Positions 11,629 through 24,700 of a stretch of 64,000 nucleotides of DNA are shown here, piece after piece. Under the pieces are notes generated by a model. It saw only the letters and a program-made list of their open reading frames with translations. It ran no database searches and was not told where the DNA came from. Source of the stretch: Leptolyngbyaceae cyanobacterium (GTDB lineage Bacteria > Cyanobacteriota > Cyanobacteriia > Phormidesmidales > Phormidesmidaceae); assembly GCA_965263355.1 (NCBI GenBank), contig CBDHHL010000032.1:2240001-2304000 (forward strand). Direction: 5' to 3'. Made by a program: the position numbers and the translations under genes. Every line of letters starts with the position of its first letter. The stretch's first letter is position 1.

Positions 11629-13125
11629 TTGTCTATGGAGTGGCCGGTAATTTTTCTGGCGGGGGCAGGGACAGGCTGTCTGGCAAGTTGGTTGGTTTGG
11701 CAGTCGCGGTATCAGGTAGTGCGAGAGCGGGCCAAACATGACTTAGTGGCTGAACGCGCCACTATGATTGAACAGTTACGAGCAAAGGATGCTCAACTGA
11801 ATGATTTACAACAGCGGTGCCATAACCTACAAACGGACCTTGAACAGCAGCGAAAAAACCTGACAGCAGAGGCTGCCCAACGGGCCGTGGCTGAAACTAA
11901 AGCTAGCAATATGGCTCATTTAAAGGAACAGCTGCAAACGTTACAGATAGAGAATAGTCGACTGACAGTTCAATTGACCCACAGCCAGACTCAACTTCAG
12001 GAACAGCAGAACGCGACTGACGAGAAGCTGGCCATGCTGCATCAAGCCAAAGTGCAAATGATGGAGGCGTTTAAGGTGCTGTCGGCGGAAGCGTTGCGAA
12101 CTAACAACGAGACCTTTTTAAACTTGGCTCAGACAAAACTGGGGCAAGTTCATAGTCAGTCAACGGGTGAGTTGCTACAGCGGCAGCAGGCGATTGATGG
12201 CTTAGTTCAGCCGTTGCAATCATCTTTAACTAAAGTAGAAGCATATTTACAGGACCTGGAACGTAATCGCTTGTCGGCTTACACTCAGCTCAGCGAGCAG
12301 ATCTCTCAACTAGCCAAAGGACAACTGCAGCTACAAACTGAAACTACTAAGTTAACTAAAGCGCTGAGGGCTCCTAATGTGCGCGGTCGGTGGGGAGAAA
12401 TTCAGCTGAAGCGGGTAGTGGAAATCGCTGGCATGGTTGAGCACTGTGATTTTACTCAGCAGGTAACAGCAGGGGCTTTACGTCCCGATATGGTAGTACA
12501 ACTACCTCAGCAGCGGCATATTGTGGTAGATGCTAAAGCTCCTCTAGCAGCCTATTTAGAGGCCTTAGACATGGCAGAAGAGTCGCGTCGAATCGTCAAA
12601 CTCAAAGAGCATGCGAACCAGGTACGCCGTCATATTCAGCAGCTGGGTCAAAAAGCATATTGGGACCAGTTTCAACCCAGCCCTGAATTCGTGGTGTTGT
12701 TTTTGCCGGGGGAAATTTTCTTTAGTGCCGCTCTGGAACAGGACCCCAGCTTGATAGAAACTGGCATTGCCCAGCGGGTTATTTTGGCCACACCCACCAC
12801 TTTAATTGCACTGCTTAAGGCGGTTGCCTATGGTTGGCAGCAGAATGCGGTTACGGAAAACGCTCAGCAAATTAGTCACCTGGGTCGAGAACTCTATGAA
12901 CGGATGCGGGTGTTTACTGGACATTTGCAAAAAATGCGTCGAGGGTTGGATACCACAGTCGATACCTTTAATAAGGCGGTGGGCTCTTTAGAAAATCGAG
13001 TTTTGGTGAGTGCCCGTAAGTTGAAAGCCCTGGGAGCTGCATCAGGTGATGAGCTAGAGACCGTTGAGCCGATTGATCGCTTACCTCGCAATGTGCTGCC
13101 ATTAGAGGATTTGGGAAAAAATTAG
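11629..13125 (+). CDS. rmuC: DNA recombination protein RmuC
   Basis: N-terminal TM and coiled coil; RGRWGEIQL, RPDMVV, VVDAKAP, VVLFLPGE and ATPTTLIALL. Confidence 0.92.
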   Translation: MSMEWPVIFLAGAGTGCLASWLVWQSRYQVVRERAKHDLVAERATMIEQLRAKDAQLNDLQQRCHNLQTDLEQQRKNLTAEAAQRAVAETKASNMAHLKEQLQTLQIENSRLTVQLTHSQTQLQEQQNATDEKLAMLHQAKVQMMEAFKVLSAEALRTNNETFLNLAQTKLGQVHSQSTGELLQRQQAIDGLVQPLQSSLTKVEAYLQDLERNRLSAYTQLSEQISQLAKGQLQLQTETTKLTKALRAPNVRGRWGEIQLKRVVEIAGMVEHCDFTQQVTAGALRPDMVVQLPQQRHIVVDAKAPLAAYLEALDMAEESRRIVKLKEHANQVRRHIQQLGQKAYWDQFQPSPEFVVLFLPGEIFFSAALEQDPSLIETGIAQRVILATPTTLIALLKAVAYGWQQNAVTENAQQISHLGRELYERMRVFTGHLQKMRRGLDTTVDTFNKAVGSLENRVLVSARKLKALGAASGDELETVEPIDRLPRNVLPLEDLGKN

Positions 13126-13593
13126 GCTTGTTCGCACTATAAGACATCTAAATTCTTCATTTTTTTCGTCATAACAGTTTAATAATGAGGATTGACTGAA
13201 GCAATGGCACAACTGGGGTCGACAAACTTGTTAGAAATTTGTCGGTTTATGAGTTAATAATTGCGAGAAACATATAAATGCTGATCAGTAGAGAAGTTTG
13301 TTGCCAATAATGTTTATATGGAGGGTGAGGCACTGCAAAATCATTTTTTCTCGCCTCCCCCCACTTTTTGTGCGCGCAAATCTGGCCTAGGATGAGCAGA
13401 AGACCAAGACTTATTTGGGCTATTCAAATTGCCCCTTTCGCATAATGTCAAAAAGGACATATATGCTTCTGAAGCCTAGTCAGGAATGCGAGTCTTTTAT
13501 CAGGTTAAACATGCCCTCAGTTAATTTCAAGGTTCTGCAGGGCAACCTGTACTGAAAACTCAAGTGCTTTTCCAGACTCTTGCGTTTATCTAA

Positions 13594-15120
13594 ATGCTTT
13601 TGCAAAGATCTTGGGCTATGACTTCTCACAATATTATTTCTATAAAAGGTCTTAATCATTATTTTGGAGAGAATTCTCTTCGGAAGCAGATTCTTTTTAG
13701 TATTAATCTTGAGATTCGCCCTAAAGAATTTGTGATTTTAACTGGACCTTCAGGATCAGGAAAGAGCACATTATTAAGCCTGGTTGGATGTTTACGCTCT
13801 GTGCAATCGGGTAGTCTTAATGTCTTGGGTAAACAACTCAGGGGCGCAAAAAAACAAGATTTAATTCAAGTACGTCGTCAGTTTGGCTATATTACCCAGT
13901 CCAGTAATCTACTAGAATTTCTGACAGCACAACAGAATGTGCAAATGTCGCTGGAATTGCATTCAGAGTTTTCTGCTTCAGAGCGGCGTAATCGGGCAAG
14001 CGCTATTTTGGATTCTGTTGGATTAGGTGATTTTATCAATAGCTATCCCGATAATCTTTCCGGAGGACAGCGTCAGAGGGTAGCAATTGCTTGTGCTCTA
14101 GCTTCCAGGCCTAAATTGATCCTCGCTGATGAACCAACGGCTGCCTTGGATCGTAAATCGGGCCGGAATGTAGTTGCCTTAATGCATCGTCTCGCCAAGG
14201 AACATGGCAGTGCTGTTCTAATGGTGACCCACGATAATCGAATTCTCGATCTAGCCGATCGGATCATCAATGTTGAGGATGGCAAATTAGGATTAGCAGT
14301 GAGTCAAGAACTCGCGATCGCATTCCCTGGCCTGAATCCCTCAATTTTAGAGGACACCGAAACACAACCTACACTTTTGGCCTATGCTGCTGGCGAAGAC
14401 ATTGTGAAACAAGGTGATAGGGCTACGAAGTTTTATGTGTTACTCGAAGGTAAGGTTGATGTATTGATAGAAACGCCTGAGCAAGGCTTAAAGCGAGTTA
14501 GACAGATGACACGAGGAGAGTATTTTGGCGAAATTGGTTTATTGCAAGGTGGTAAACGCACTGCGACAGTCAGGGCTTCTCAAGACTCAGAAGCTAAAGT
14601 AATGGTAATCGATGAAGCACTTTTCTATATCCTCTTAGCAGATTCTGAGCTAACAAACCTGGATATTGCTCACAATCTTCATCAACGAATTATGACCAGT
14701 CATTTAGCACTGGCATTACCAAACCTGACGTCAGCTCGCCTCTCTGAGATTTTAGCTAAAGTAGACGTTATTCGTTATGGACCTAATTCTAAAATCATTC
14801 AAGCAGGTGATCCTGTCAATAAATTCTATTTAATCTACACTGGCAAAGCCTGTGTTTTCAAGATAGGAGAACACGGAGAAAAACAGCTCTTTCAAACTCT
14901 GCAGGCTGGAGATTTCTTTGGGGAAACAGAACTGATCAACTCAACTCCTTATCCTATGACCATTCAAGCGCATCCTGATAATGCTGTAGATGTCATCAGT
15001 CTTAACCAAGAAGATTTTCGTAGCCTTGTGATTGATACTAATGTTAGTCAAGATGAAGTGGCCACTGTTCTTCGTGATCGCTTAATGAGTCAAATTGATA
15101 AAACACTGGTATTAGATTAG
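13594..15120 (+). CDS. DevA-family ABC ATPase fused to two cyclic-nucleotide-binding domains
   Basis: GPSGSGKS, LSGGQRQR, ADEPT and VTHDNR, then GEYFGEIGLL..RTATV and GDFFGE. Confidence 0.88.
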   Translation: MLLQRSWAMTSHNIISIKGLNHYFGENSLRKQILFSINLEIRPKEFVILTGPSGSGKSTLLSLVGCLRSVQSGSLNVLGKQLRGAKKQDLIQVRRQFGYITQSSNLLEFLTAQQNVQMSLELHSEFSASERRNRASAILDSVGLGDFINSYPDNLSGGQRQRVAIACALASRPKLILADEPTAALDRKSGRNVVALMHRLAKEHGSAVLMVTHDNRILDLADRIINVEDGKLGLAVSQELAIAFPGLNPSILEDTETQPTLLAYAAGEDIVKQGDRATKFYVLLEGKVDVLIETPEQGLKRVRQMTRGEYFGEIGLLQGGKRTATVRASQDSEAKVMVIDEALFYILLADSELTNLDIAHNLHQRIMTSHLALALPNLTSARLSEILAKVDVIRYGPNSKIIQAGDPVNKFYLIYTGKACVFKIGEHGEKQLFQTLQAGDFFGETELINSTPYPMTIQAHPDNAVDVISLNQEDFRSLVIDTNVSQDEVATVLRDRLMSQIDKTLVLD

Positions 15121-15196
15121 TAGTGTAGATGCGAAAAACAGTCCATTAGCGGGAATACTGTAGTGGTCTCAAAAGCTAATCCGATAAATTTCTCGC

Positions 15197-16378
15197 GTGA
15201 ATATTAATCAGTTTCAACTAAAATCCAAGCCATGGATAGCTGTTCTGACAATAGCTACTGGTTTGATCATGGTTAATACTCTAGCAGCTGTTTACTTTTT
15301 TAAGTTTCAAGATAAGCCAGAACAAAATATTGGGTTAGCCACCTCAGAAAATGAACCCACGGTTACTACTATCAATGCTCTAGGTCGAATAGAGCCCCAA
15401 GGTGCCACTACAAACTTGTCGACTACTGGTCAAAGATTAGCCCAGGTACTTGTCAAAGAGGGTGACATTGTTCAAGCTGGGCAAGTGATTGCCATTGCAG
15501 ATAGCGTTCACATTCGTAAGGCAGCACTGGAGGAAGCCAATGCCAAAGTACAAACTGCTCAAGCTAATTTAACCAAGATACAGGCTGGGACTAAAGTAGC
15601 TGATATCAATGCCCAACGCAGTAAAGTAGCGATGTTAGAAGCTCAATGGGCAGGAGATATCGCCACACAAGAAACAAAAATTACTCAATTAGAAGTAGAG
15701 CTACGTAATGCAGCCGCAGAATACCAACGGCACCTAAATCTATATCAGAAAGGTGCGATCTCAGCCTCTGAGTTCGAGACTCAAAAGTTGACGATGGAGT
15801 CGCTACAAGAACAGGTACAAGGGGCTGAGGCAATGTTGGAAAAACTCAATAATACGGGACAAGCCCAAGTTCAAACCGAACGAGAAACCCTAAATAGTAT
15901 CTCCGAAGTTCGCTCGATAGATGTCGTTGAAGCTCAGGCCAGGGTCGCTGAAGCACTTGCATTACAGAGTAAGGCAGAAGCAGATTTAGACTTAGTCTAT
16001 GTGCGCTCTCCCATAGAGGGACAAATTTTAAATCTCCATGTCAAAGCAGGTGAAACGATAGGTTCTCGAGGAATTGCAGAAATTGGTAAAACTCAGCAAA
16101 TGTATGCAGTTGCTGAAATCTACGAAACGGATATTCGTCATATTCGGATTGGTCAGAAAGCAACGTTGACCAGTGAATTTGGTGGATTTATCGGTGAGTT
16201 GACAGGTACCGTCGATCAGATTGGTTTACAAATTGGCAAGCCTGGAACAGTTAACAATAATCCCAGTGCTGTTTCGGACGTAAGGGTCGTGGAAGTTAAA
16301 ATTCGCCTAAATCCTGAAGATAGCGATAGGGTTAAACATTTGAATAAATTGCAGGTTCGGGCATCAATTCAAATCTGA
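15197..16378 (+). CDS. DevB-family (HlyD-like) membrane fusion protein
   Basis: TM helix, ALGRIEP, long coiled coil, VRSPIEG, AEIYETD and RVVEVKIRL. Confidence 0.88.
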   Translation: MNINQFQLKSKPWIAVLTIATGLIMVNTLAAVYFFKFQDKPEQNIGLATSENEPTVTTINALGRIEPQGATTNLSTTGQRLAQVLVKEGDIVQAGQVIAIADSVHIRKAALEEANAKVQTAQANLTKIQAGTKVADINAQRSKVAMLEAQWAGDIATQETKITQLEVELRNAAAEYQRHLNLYQKGAISASEFETQKLTMESLQEQVQGAEAMLEKLNNTGQAQVQTERETLNSISEVRSIDVVEAQARVAEALALQSKAEADLDLVYVRSPIEGQILNLHVKAGETIGSRGIAEIGKTQQMYAVAEIYETDIRHIRIGQKATLTSEFGGFIGELTGTVDQIGLQIGKPGTVNNNPSAVSDVRVVEVKIRLNPEDSDRVKHLNKLQVRASIQI

Positions 16379-16803
16379 ACAGGTTACACTGTTGCTCAAC
16401 GTCCGAAATAACCCGCAGCAACAGCAACAGATTTAGTAGAATTTTAGTAAGATTACTGATGTTACTAGAAAATGTCAGCGTCAGCCTAAAAATACAATAA
16501 ATCAACAGGTTTAGTGAAAACACCGATCTTGTTGTAAATCTTCTCCTAAAACAACTAGAATTTGCAGCAAGAGATTGGTAAAATCACTGATTGTACTAAA
16601 AGCGGCATTTATCTTAAAGCACCTTTCAGCAAGGCATTTCAACTTTTTTCTCTTAGCTGCTACACTTTGTCGAAGGGTTCATCCTACACAAGATTTAGAT
16701 TATTCTAGATTTATGTGATGAAGCTGAAATCTGCCTGATTGTTTTTGGAACACGCTATAATTAATTAAATTATATTGTTACTGCTTAGGCAGCTTTAAAT
16801 CCT

Positions 16804-18627
16804 ATGGCGCTTTTTCCAAATGGTCATTCCTATCCATTGGAGGAGACTTCTTCTTTGGTGGACCTTTTACGCTATAGGGCTTGCTATCAGCCAAACCAAG
16901 TTGCCTATATCTCTTTACAAGATGGTGAAACCGAGTCTGGTCAACTTACCTATCAAGCATTAGATCAGCAAGCACGCGCAATTGCATCTCATTTACAAGC
17001 TTTAGGCGCAAACGGTTCACGAGTGCTGTTAAGCTATCCTCTTTCTGCAAGCCTGGAGTTCACCGCTGCTTTTTTTGGGTGTCTGTATGCTGGAGCAATT
17101 GCTGTGACAGCCTGGCCACCTCTCAACAAATCTTTATTATCTGAGCTGTTGTTTAAGGTATCGGATGCAGAGGTGACGTTTGCTCTCACCACTCGTGCAT
17201 TATTGTCTCGATTTCATCAACAGTTAACCTCAATGCCAAAATTGGCAGATGTGAAATGGGTAGCCACAGATGAAGTCAGCGGTTTGAACCTAGCTGCTAG
17301 CAATTGGCAGGAACCTCTTATTAAGAGCGCTTCATTGGCTTATTTGCAATATACGTCAGGATCCACTGGAAAACCTAAGGGAGCCATGATTACCCATGGT
17401 AATGTACTGGATAACCTGAATCTCATTGCCCATAGTTTTGATTATACATCGAACGACCGTGGGGTTTGTTGGTTGCCGCTTTATCATGACATGGGATTGG
17501 TTGGTGGTGTGATACAGCCCACCTATGTTGGTGGTACGGTAATCATGATGTCGCCAGTGGATTTTATTCTTAAACCTTATCGCTGGCTACAGGCAATTTC
17601 CCATTATCGAGCAACAACCAGTGGAGGACCTAACTTTGCCTATGAGTTATGTATTCGTAAAACCACTCCTGAGCAACGAGCCACCCTTGATCTGAGTTGC
17701 TGGGAAGTGGCAGCTAATGGGGCAGAGCCTGTTCTGGCTGAAACCTTAGAGCTATTTTGCAATACCTTCTCTCCCTATGGATTTAGGAGGAAAGCATTTT
17801 GTCCGGCCTATGGCATGGCAGAAACAACTGTCATGATATCCCTGTGCGCAAGAGCTACAGAGCCAACAGTTCAAACGGTTCATCGACAGGCCTTAGAACA
17901 AAATCAGGTTGAGTCAGCTAAAGACCAACGGAAATCACGGCAACGTGCCCTTGTGGGATGTGGTCAGATTGGACAAAACCATACCCTGGTTATTGCAGAT
18001 CCGGTTACCTCAAGACGGTGCTTGCCTAATCAGGTCGGTGAGATTTGGATATCGGGTCCAAGCATTGCCCAAGGCTATTGGAATCGTCCAGACGAAACTG
18101 AAAAAACATTTAAAGCTTATTTGACAGATACAGGAGAAGGACCGTTTTTGAAAACGGGAGACATGGGATTTTTGCAAGGGGATGAGTTATTTATTGCCGG
18201 ACGACAGAAAGATGTGATTATTCTTTGGGGACGAAACCACTATCCTCATCATCTTGAAATGACTGTTGAACAAAGCCATCCAGCATTGCGACCTGGAGGA
18301 GGAGCGGTCTTTGGTTTGGAGATAAACGGTGAAGAACAATTGGTCGTTGCCCAGGAAGTTGAGTCAAGATATCTGCCATCTCTAGATACGGATGCTGTTA
18401 TAAAAGCTATCCGGCAAGCATTAGTTTCTCATCATATGGTAGAGACCTATGCCATTGTCTTGTTACGACCTGGAAGCGTGCCAAAGACCCCAACCGGTAA
18501 AACTCAACGGTCTGCCTGTCGTACTCAATTTTTAGAAGGACGTCTAAATGTTATTGCCCAGTGGCTCAATAGCCAGCCTGCAAATGGAATTGTGCTTGAT
18601 GCTGCATTGGTTGCTGTAAATACATAG
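16804..18627 (+). CDS. Fatty acyl-AMP ligase (FAAL 1)
   Basis: YTSGSTGKPKG, WLPLYHDMGL, GGPNFAY, YGMAE, TGDMGF and GRNHYP. Confidence 0.92.
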   Translation: MALFPNGHSYPLEETSSLVDLLRYRACYQPNQVAYISLQDGETESGQLTYQALDQQARAIASHLQALGANGSRVLLSYPLSASLEFTAAFFGCLYAGAIAVTAWPPLNKSLLSELLFKVSDAEVTFALTTRALLSRFHQQLTSMPKLADVKWVATDEVSGLNLAASNWQEPLIKSASLAYLQYTSGSTGKPKGAMITHGNVLDNLNLIAHSFDYTSNDRGVCWLPLYHDMGLVGGVIQPTYVGGTVIMMSPVDFILKPYRWLQAISHYRATTSGGPNFAYELCIRKTTPEQRATLDLSCWEVAANGAEPVLAETLELFCNTFSPYGFRRKAFCPAYGMAETTVMISLCARATEPTVQTVHRQALEQNQVESAKDQRKSRQRALVGCGQIGQNHTLVIADPVTSRRCLPNQVGEIWISGPSIAQGYWNRPDETEKTFKAYLTDTGEGPFLKTGDMGFLQGDELFIAGRQKDVIILWGRNHYPHHLEMTVEQSHPALRPGGGAVFGLEINGEEQLVVAQEVESRYLPSLDTDAVIKAIRQALVSHHMVETYAIVLLRPGSVPKTPTGKTQRSACRTQFLEGRLNVIAQWLNSQPANGIVLDAALVAVNT

Positions 18628-18743
18628 ATAATTGCAGGTAAGTCCCTCGTAACACAGATTTTATCTGTCTGTCTGGTTAAAAATTCTTGTAATTTTCTTT
18701 TTTAGTTTCATTGATTTATAGCTGTTAGTCATCAGATATATAC

Positions 18744-21700
18744 GTGCTTAATTCTAGTATAAATAATTTTATTGATTTGTTAGAGTTCAGGGCTGAGAGC
18801 TGCCCTGACAAAACTGTTTATACCTTTCTTAAAGATGGTGAAGTAGAGGATACTTCCCTAACCTACAAAAACTTAAATCAAAGGGCAAAAGCGATCGCAA
18901 CTCAGTTGCACTCTCACTGTTCAGTTGGGGATCGTGCTCTACTACTCTATCCAGCTGGATTAGACTTTATTGCTGCCTTTTTCGGTTGTCTGTATGCTGG
19001 TGTGATTGCCGTTCCGGTGTATCCTCCCCGTCGCAATCAGAGTTTATTGCGTTTGAAAACAATTGCTCAGGATTGTCAGGCAACAGTGGCTCTCACCACC
19101 GCTGCCACATTGGCAACAGTCAAACGCTGGTGGGATACCGATCCGATCTCGTCACAACTAAACTGGTTGGCAACCGATGCACTAGAAATCTGTTCTGGTT
19201 TAGATACCTATGCTCCAATAACCCCTGAGACCCTGGCATTTTTGCAGTACACATCTGGCTCCACTGGCACCCCTAAAGGAGTCATGGTTTCCCATGGAAA
19301 TCTGATTCAAAATTGTTCCATTATCTGTACTTGTTTTCAAAATAGATCTGAGCATGTCGGGGTGTCCTGGTTGCCGTTCCACCATGACATGGGTTTAATT
19401 GGTGGACTTTTAGAATCAATATACAGCGGCGGATCGATGATTCTAATGGCCCCTGCAGCCTTTCTCCAGAAACCAGTTCGTTGGTTAAAGGCAATCTCCC
19501 GATATCAGGCAGTTACAAGCGGTGGACCAAACTTTGCCTATGATCTTTGTACCCAGACAATTAAACCAGAACAACTAGACGATCTTGATCTACACAGTTG
19601 GACCCTCGCATTTACCGGTGCAGAACCTGTGCGGGTGGAAACTTTAGAACGATTTTCGCAAATATTTACTGGTTGTGGATTTCGTCGAAATGCCTTTTAT
19701 CCCTGCTATGGCATGGCCGAGACAACGTTATTAGTCACGGGGGGGACTCGGGCAGAGAAGCCAATTATTCATACCGTTGACCGAACTGCTTTAAAGCAAA
19801 ACCAGGTGGTTGAGAGTTCTTTGTCAGCGGAGGGCAAAACTCTGGTGAGCTGTGGTCGTAGTTGGCTGGATCAAAACGTGATTATTGTGGAGCCAGATTT
19901 ATTAACGCGTTGTGAACCAGACAAAATTGGCGAAATTTGGGTGGCTGGTGCCAGCGTTGCTTGCGGGTATTGGCAACAACCCGAACAAACTTACCAAACA
20001 TTTCAGGCCCATCTGGCAGACACCGGAGAAGGACCCTTTTTAAGAACAGGTGATTTAGGCTTTTTGCGAGATGGGGAACTGTTTGTAACCGGGCGACTTA
20101 AGGATGTGATGATTATCCGGGGACGCAACCATTATCCTCAGGATATTGAGCTAACGGTTGAGACTGCCCATGGTGCTTTACAAGCCAATGCAGGAGCCGC
20201 TTTTACGGTGGAACAATCAGCAGTGGAGCACCTGGTCATTGTGCAGGAGGTGAAGCGCTTACAGCTGCGTAATCTGCAGCCAGATGAGATTATCTGGGCC
20301 ATTCGTAAGGCTATTTCAGAACACCATGAACTCCAGGTATCTACAATTTGTTTACTTAAACCGGGTAGCTTGCCTAAAACATCGAGTGGGAAAGTACAAC
20401 GACAATTATGTCGAACTCGGTTTGAGACCAACAGCCTGGCGACGGTTGCCCAATGGAGCCGAGATGCTCTCTCAGAGACTGATGCTGTTACTAAGCAAGA
20501 GTTTTTAGATATCAGTGGATTACAGGGTTTGGAAAAAGTTCAGGCCCTGGAGACATGGTTGGTGAACCGGATTGCCCAACAAGCACAGATTTTGTCGGCA
20601 GAGGTTGATCGCCATTGCCCTTTAGTGAGTTACGGTCTAGATTCACTGCAAGTGATTGAGATGTCTACGGAGCTAGAGGCATTGCTCGGGCAGCCTGTGT
20701 CTCCGACGATTGTGTATGATTATCCCACCATCACAGCCCTGGCTCAGCAGTTAGGTCTGGGACCACAGATGGCAAATTTATCCAGTCCATCATTACCCCA
20801 TGGGAAACAAGTCAGGCATGGGGAGGAGATCGCAATTATTGGTCTGGGTTGTCGTTTTCCTGGGGCCAACACCCCTGATGCGTTTTGGCAACTTCTGCAT
20901 GAGGGTCGAGATGCGATCGCAGAAGTTCCCCTATCGCGATGGGATAGCAGTCACTTAGGCTCCCTCCTTACAGACCAGCCCATTGCTCATTGGGGCGGTT
21001 TTCTCCAGCACATTGATCAATTTGATCCTCAATTTTTTGGCATTTCTCCTCGAGAAGCCGCCAGTATGGACCCTCAGCAACGCCTACTACTGGAGGTATG
21101 CTGGGAAGCATTAGAAAATGCTGGACAGTCTCCAGAGCGATTGAGCGGTAGCCAGTCCGGTGTATTTTTGGGCATTAGCAACGGCGATTATTCTCGCTTG
21201 CAGAGCAATCACCTGAGTACAAATGTTTACTATGGCACGGGGAATGCCTTTAGTATTGCGGCTAACCGTCTGTCGTATCTGATGGATTGGCATGGCCCGA
21301 GTTGGGTGGTGGATACCGCTTGCTCATCTTCACTGGTGGCTGTTCATCAGGCTTGTCAGAGCTTGCAAGCGGGAGAATGCAATCTGGCAGTAGCTGGCGG
21401 AGTAAACCTGATATTAAGTCCGCAATTGACGGTGACCTTTTCCCAAGCGCAAATGATGGCCTTAGATGGACGCTGTAAGACCTTTGACGCCGATGCCGAT
21501 GGCTATGTACGGGGTGAAGGCTGTGGCTTAGTTGTCCTCAAGCGGTTATCGGAGGCTGTAGAAGCAGGCGATCAGATTTTGGCCGTCATTAAAGGGTCTG
21601 CTGTCAATCAAGATGGCCGTAGTAATGGATTGACTGCACCCAATGGCTTGGCTCAACAACAGGTCATTCGTCAGGCGTTAGAGAATGCTGGCATCAATGC

Positions 21701-24700
21701 GACTCAGGTGAGTTACCTTGAAACCCATGGCACTGGCACGGTGTTAGGTGATCCCATTGAGGTCAATGCCCTCAAAGCCATCTTTGCAGATAAGCAACAG
21801 CGTGGGTTTCCCTGCTGGCTTGGCTCTGTCAAAACCAACATCGGTCATCTCGAACCTGCCGCTGGGATAGCGGGTTTGATCAAAGTGGTTTTATCCTTGC
21901 AGCATGGCGAAATTCCTCCTCACTTACACTTAAAGCAAGTTAATCCTTACATTCAGCTTCAAGATACCCCTCTGCAGATTCCCATCAAAGGACAAGCTTG
22001 GACTGTGGGTGAGCAACCCCGCATTGCTGGGGTGAGTTCTTTTGGCTTTGGAGGGACGAATGCCCATGTCATTGTTGCTGACGCAAACACTAGCCCACAA
22101 GATATTCCACAAGATATTTCACAAGATATTTCCCAGGACCGTTCTCATCAGCTGTTCACCCTCTCAGCCAAAAATGAGACCGCACTTCAAGGACTCGTAA
22201 AGCGGTATCAGATGTACTTAATGCAGTCGTCTGCAGCATCCCTGACTGACATTTGCTTTACGGCCAACACAGGACGAGCCCATTTTGACCATCGTTTGGC
22301 CATTCTTACATCGTCGAAGTTGAAATTAGAACAACAACTCAATGCCATTACCTCCGGTCAAAACACAGTTAATAACCATACGTCTGGAATTTACAAGGGG
22401 TATCAAGAAAACTATCAGCCCTTTAAAGTAGCGTTTCTATTCACAGGGCAGGGCTCTCAATATGTGAATATGGGCCGACAACTTTATGAAACTGAGCCTG
22501 TATTTCGAGACGCCCTTAACCAGTGTATTGATCTTCTTGGAAAAGAAGGACTCTCTTTGCTAACTGTACTCTATCCAGAGCAGGGGAGTAGGGAAGAATC
22601 CTCCCCCTCTCTTGACCAAACTGCTTACACCCAACCCGCTCTCTTTGCCATTGAATACGCCTTGACCCAACTGTGGCAATCCTGGGGCATCAAGCCGGAT
22701 ATTGTCTTAGGTCACAGTGTTGGTGAATATGTGGCTGCTTGTGTAGCAGGTGTTTTTAGTCTGGAAGCAGGTTTGACGTTAATTGCAGCCCGTGGGCGGT
22801 TAATGCAGGCCTTACCTGCTGGTGGGAAAATGCTATCGCTGTTGGCAACGATTACGGATGTGGAGCAGTGGATCGAGCCCTATGGAGATGAGGTTGCGAT
22901 CGCAGCCATTAATGGGCCTCAAAGTATTGTCATCTCTGGTGCAGAACAAGCGATTCAGGCAATTGAACGCGATTTAAAGGCAATAGGGATAAAGGCCAAG
23001 GTACTACAGGTTTCCCATGCCTTCCATTCTCCCCTGATGGCACCCATGATGTCCGCATTTGAAACAATTGCCCAGAATATTACCTATACGCCGCCCAAAA
23101 TACCCATTATCTCCTGTGTAACGGGTCAGCTTGCTAACTCTGACATGGCCACACCAAACTATTGGGTTCGCCATGTAGAACAACCCGTTAACTTTCTGGG
23201 GGGTATGACTCAACTGCAGGCCCTGGGATACAACGTCTTTTTAGAAATTGGCCCTAAATCGTTGCTATTGGGTATGGGCAAGAAAATTCTATCAAATCAG
23301 GGGGAGCTTGAAGGAATAACGAATAAACAACCGCATTGGCTCCCTAGTTTGCGTCCTGGTCAGGATAACTGGCAACAGATATTACAAAGTTTGGCCCATC
23401 TATATGTCAACGGTGCCACTATTGATTGGGTTGGCTTTGAACAGAACCCTACCCAGCATAAAGTATCGCTACCCACCTATCCATTTCAACGTCAGCGCTA
23501 TTGGCTAGAGAACGATCCAAATCCTGAGTCTTACCTTTCATTAAATTATCTGGTGGCAAACCAAGGGCAGTCTCAGTCTTTCAAACACCATCCATTGGTC
23601 GGACAGCGGTTTCACTCTCCGCTTCAATCCATTCAGTTTCAGTCTCAGCTTAGTCCTCAGCAGCCAGGGTATCTGACACATCATCGCGTCTTTGAACAGA
23701 CTCTGTTACCCGCTGCAGCCTATTTAGAAATGGCCTTGGCCGCAAGTAACCAAGTATCATCATCGCAGCTGATGCAGCTCACAGAGGTGACGATCCAGCG
23801 TGGCTTGATTTTGCCAGAAGGCACCTCTGTTACAGTACAAACCATTCTTACGCCTGAGGTGTCTGGGTCGTATCAGTTTGAAATCTTTAGTTTGACTCAG
23901 AACCAGGCTGAAAGGAATGGTAGTTTAAGTCAGACAACATCAACGACTCGAACACAATTGCAGGCAGATTCTTCCTGGATTTCCCATGCCAAAGGTGTCA
24001 TCAAACCCCTTAAAGATAGCGATATAGCCCCCTCTCAAATCGATCTTGAAACCTCTAAGGCCAACTTCTCAAAATCGATCCCTGTACAAGACTACTATCA
24101 ACAGTTATACCAGTGGGGATTGGACTATGGAGAGTCATTCCAAGCCGTCCAGTCCCTTTGGACGGAGGCCCATCAAGTACTTGGGGAAATTTGGCTACCG
24201 GAGTCACTGATTCGAGACAATGCCATTTATCAGCTCCATCCTGTTGTCTTAGATGCCAGTTTTCAGATTCTAGCAGCTGCCATTGGCACAACTCATGCCC
24301 AAGACACCTATTTACCCACAGGTGTGACACGATTTCAAATTATTCAACCGGTTCCAGAAAAAGTCTGGGCACTTGGGTCTATCCTAGAATCCGAGACTGC
24401 GAGTCCTCAAACCTTGACCGGAAATATTCGGCTTTATGATGCGACCGGTGCTTTAGTTGGCTATATAGAAGGCTTAACCCTGGCTCGAACAAATCGTCAG
24501 GTGCTGATGCATTATCTCCAACCGGAGAACTCTTCTAACTTATCTCCTGATCTATATGAAATTAACTGGCAGCTTGCCCCCTTACCATATCAGGTGGAAT
24601 TAGCTACCCCTGTGCCCAAAAAGGCTGGCACCTGGCTGATTTTTGCTCAACCTACAGACCTTAGGGCACAACTGGCAAAGTTACTTCAACAGCAAGAACA

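Noticed and set aside
11629..13593. Genomic-island boundary or integration site after rmuC
   Set aside because: Composition seems to shift toward AT, but no integrase, tRNA, transposase or att repeat is visible.
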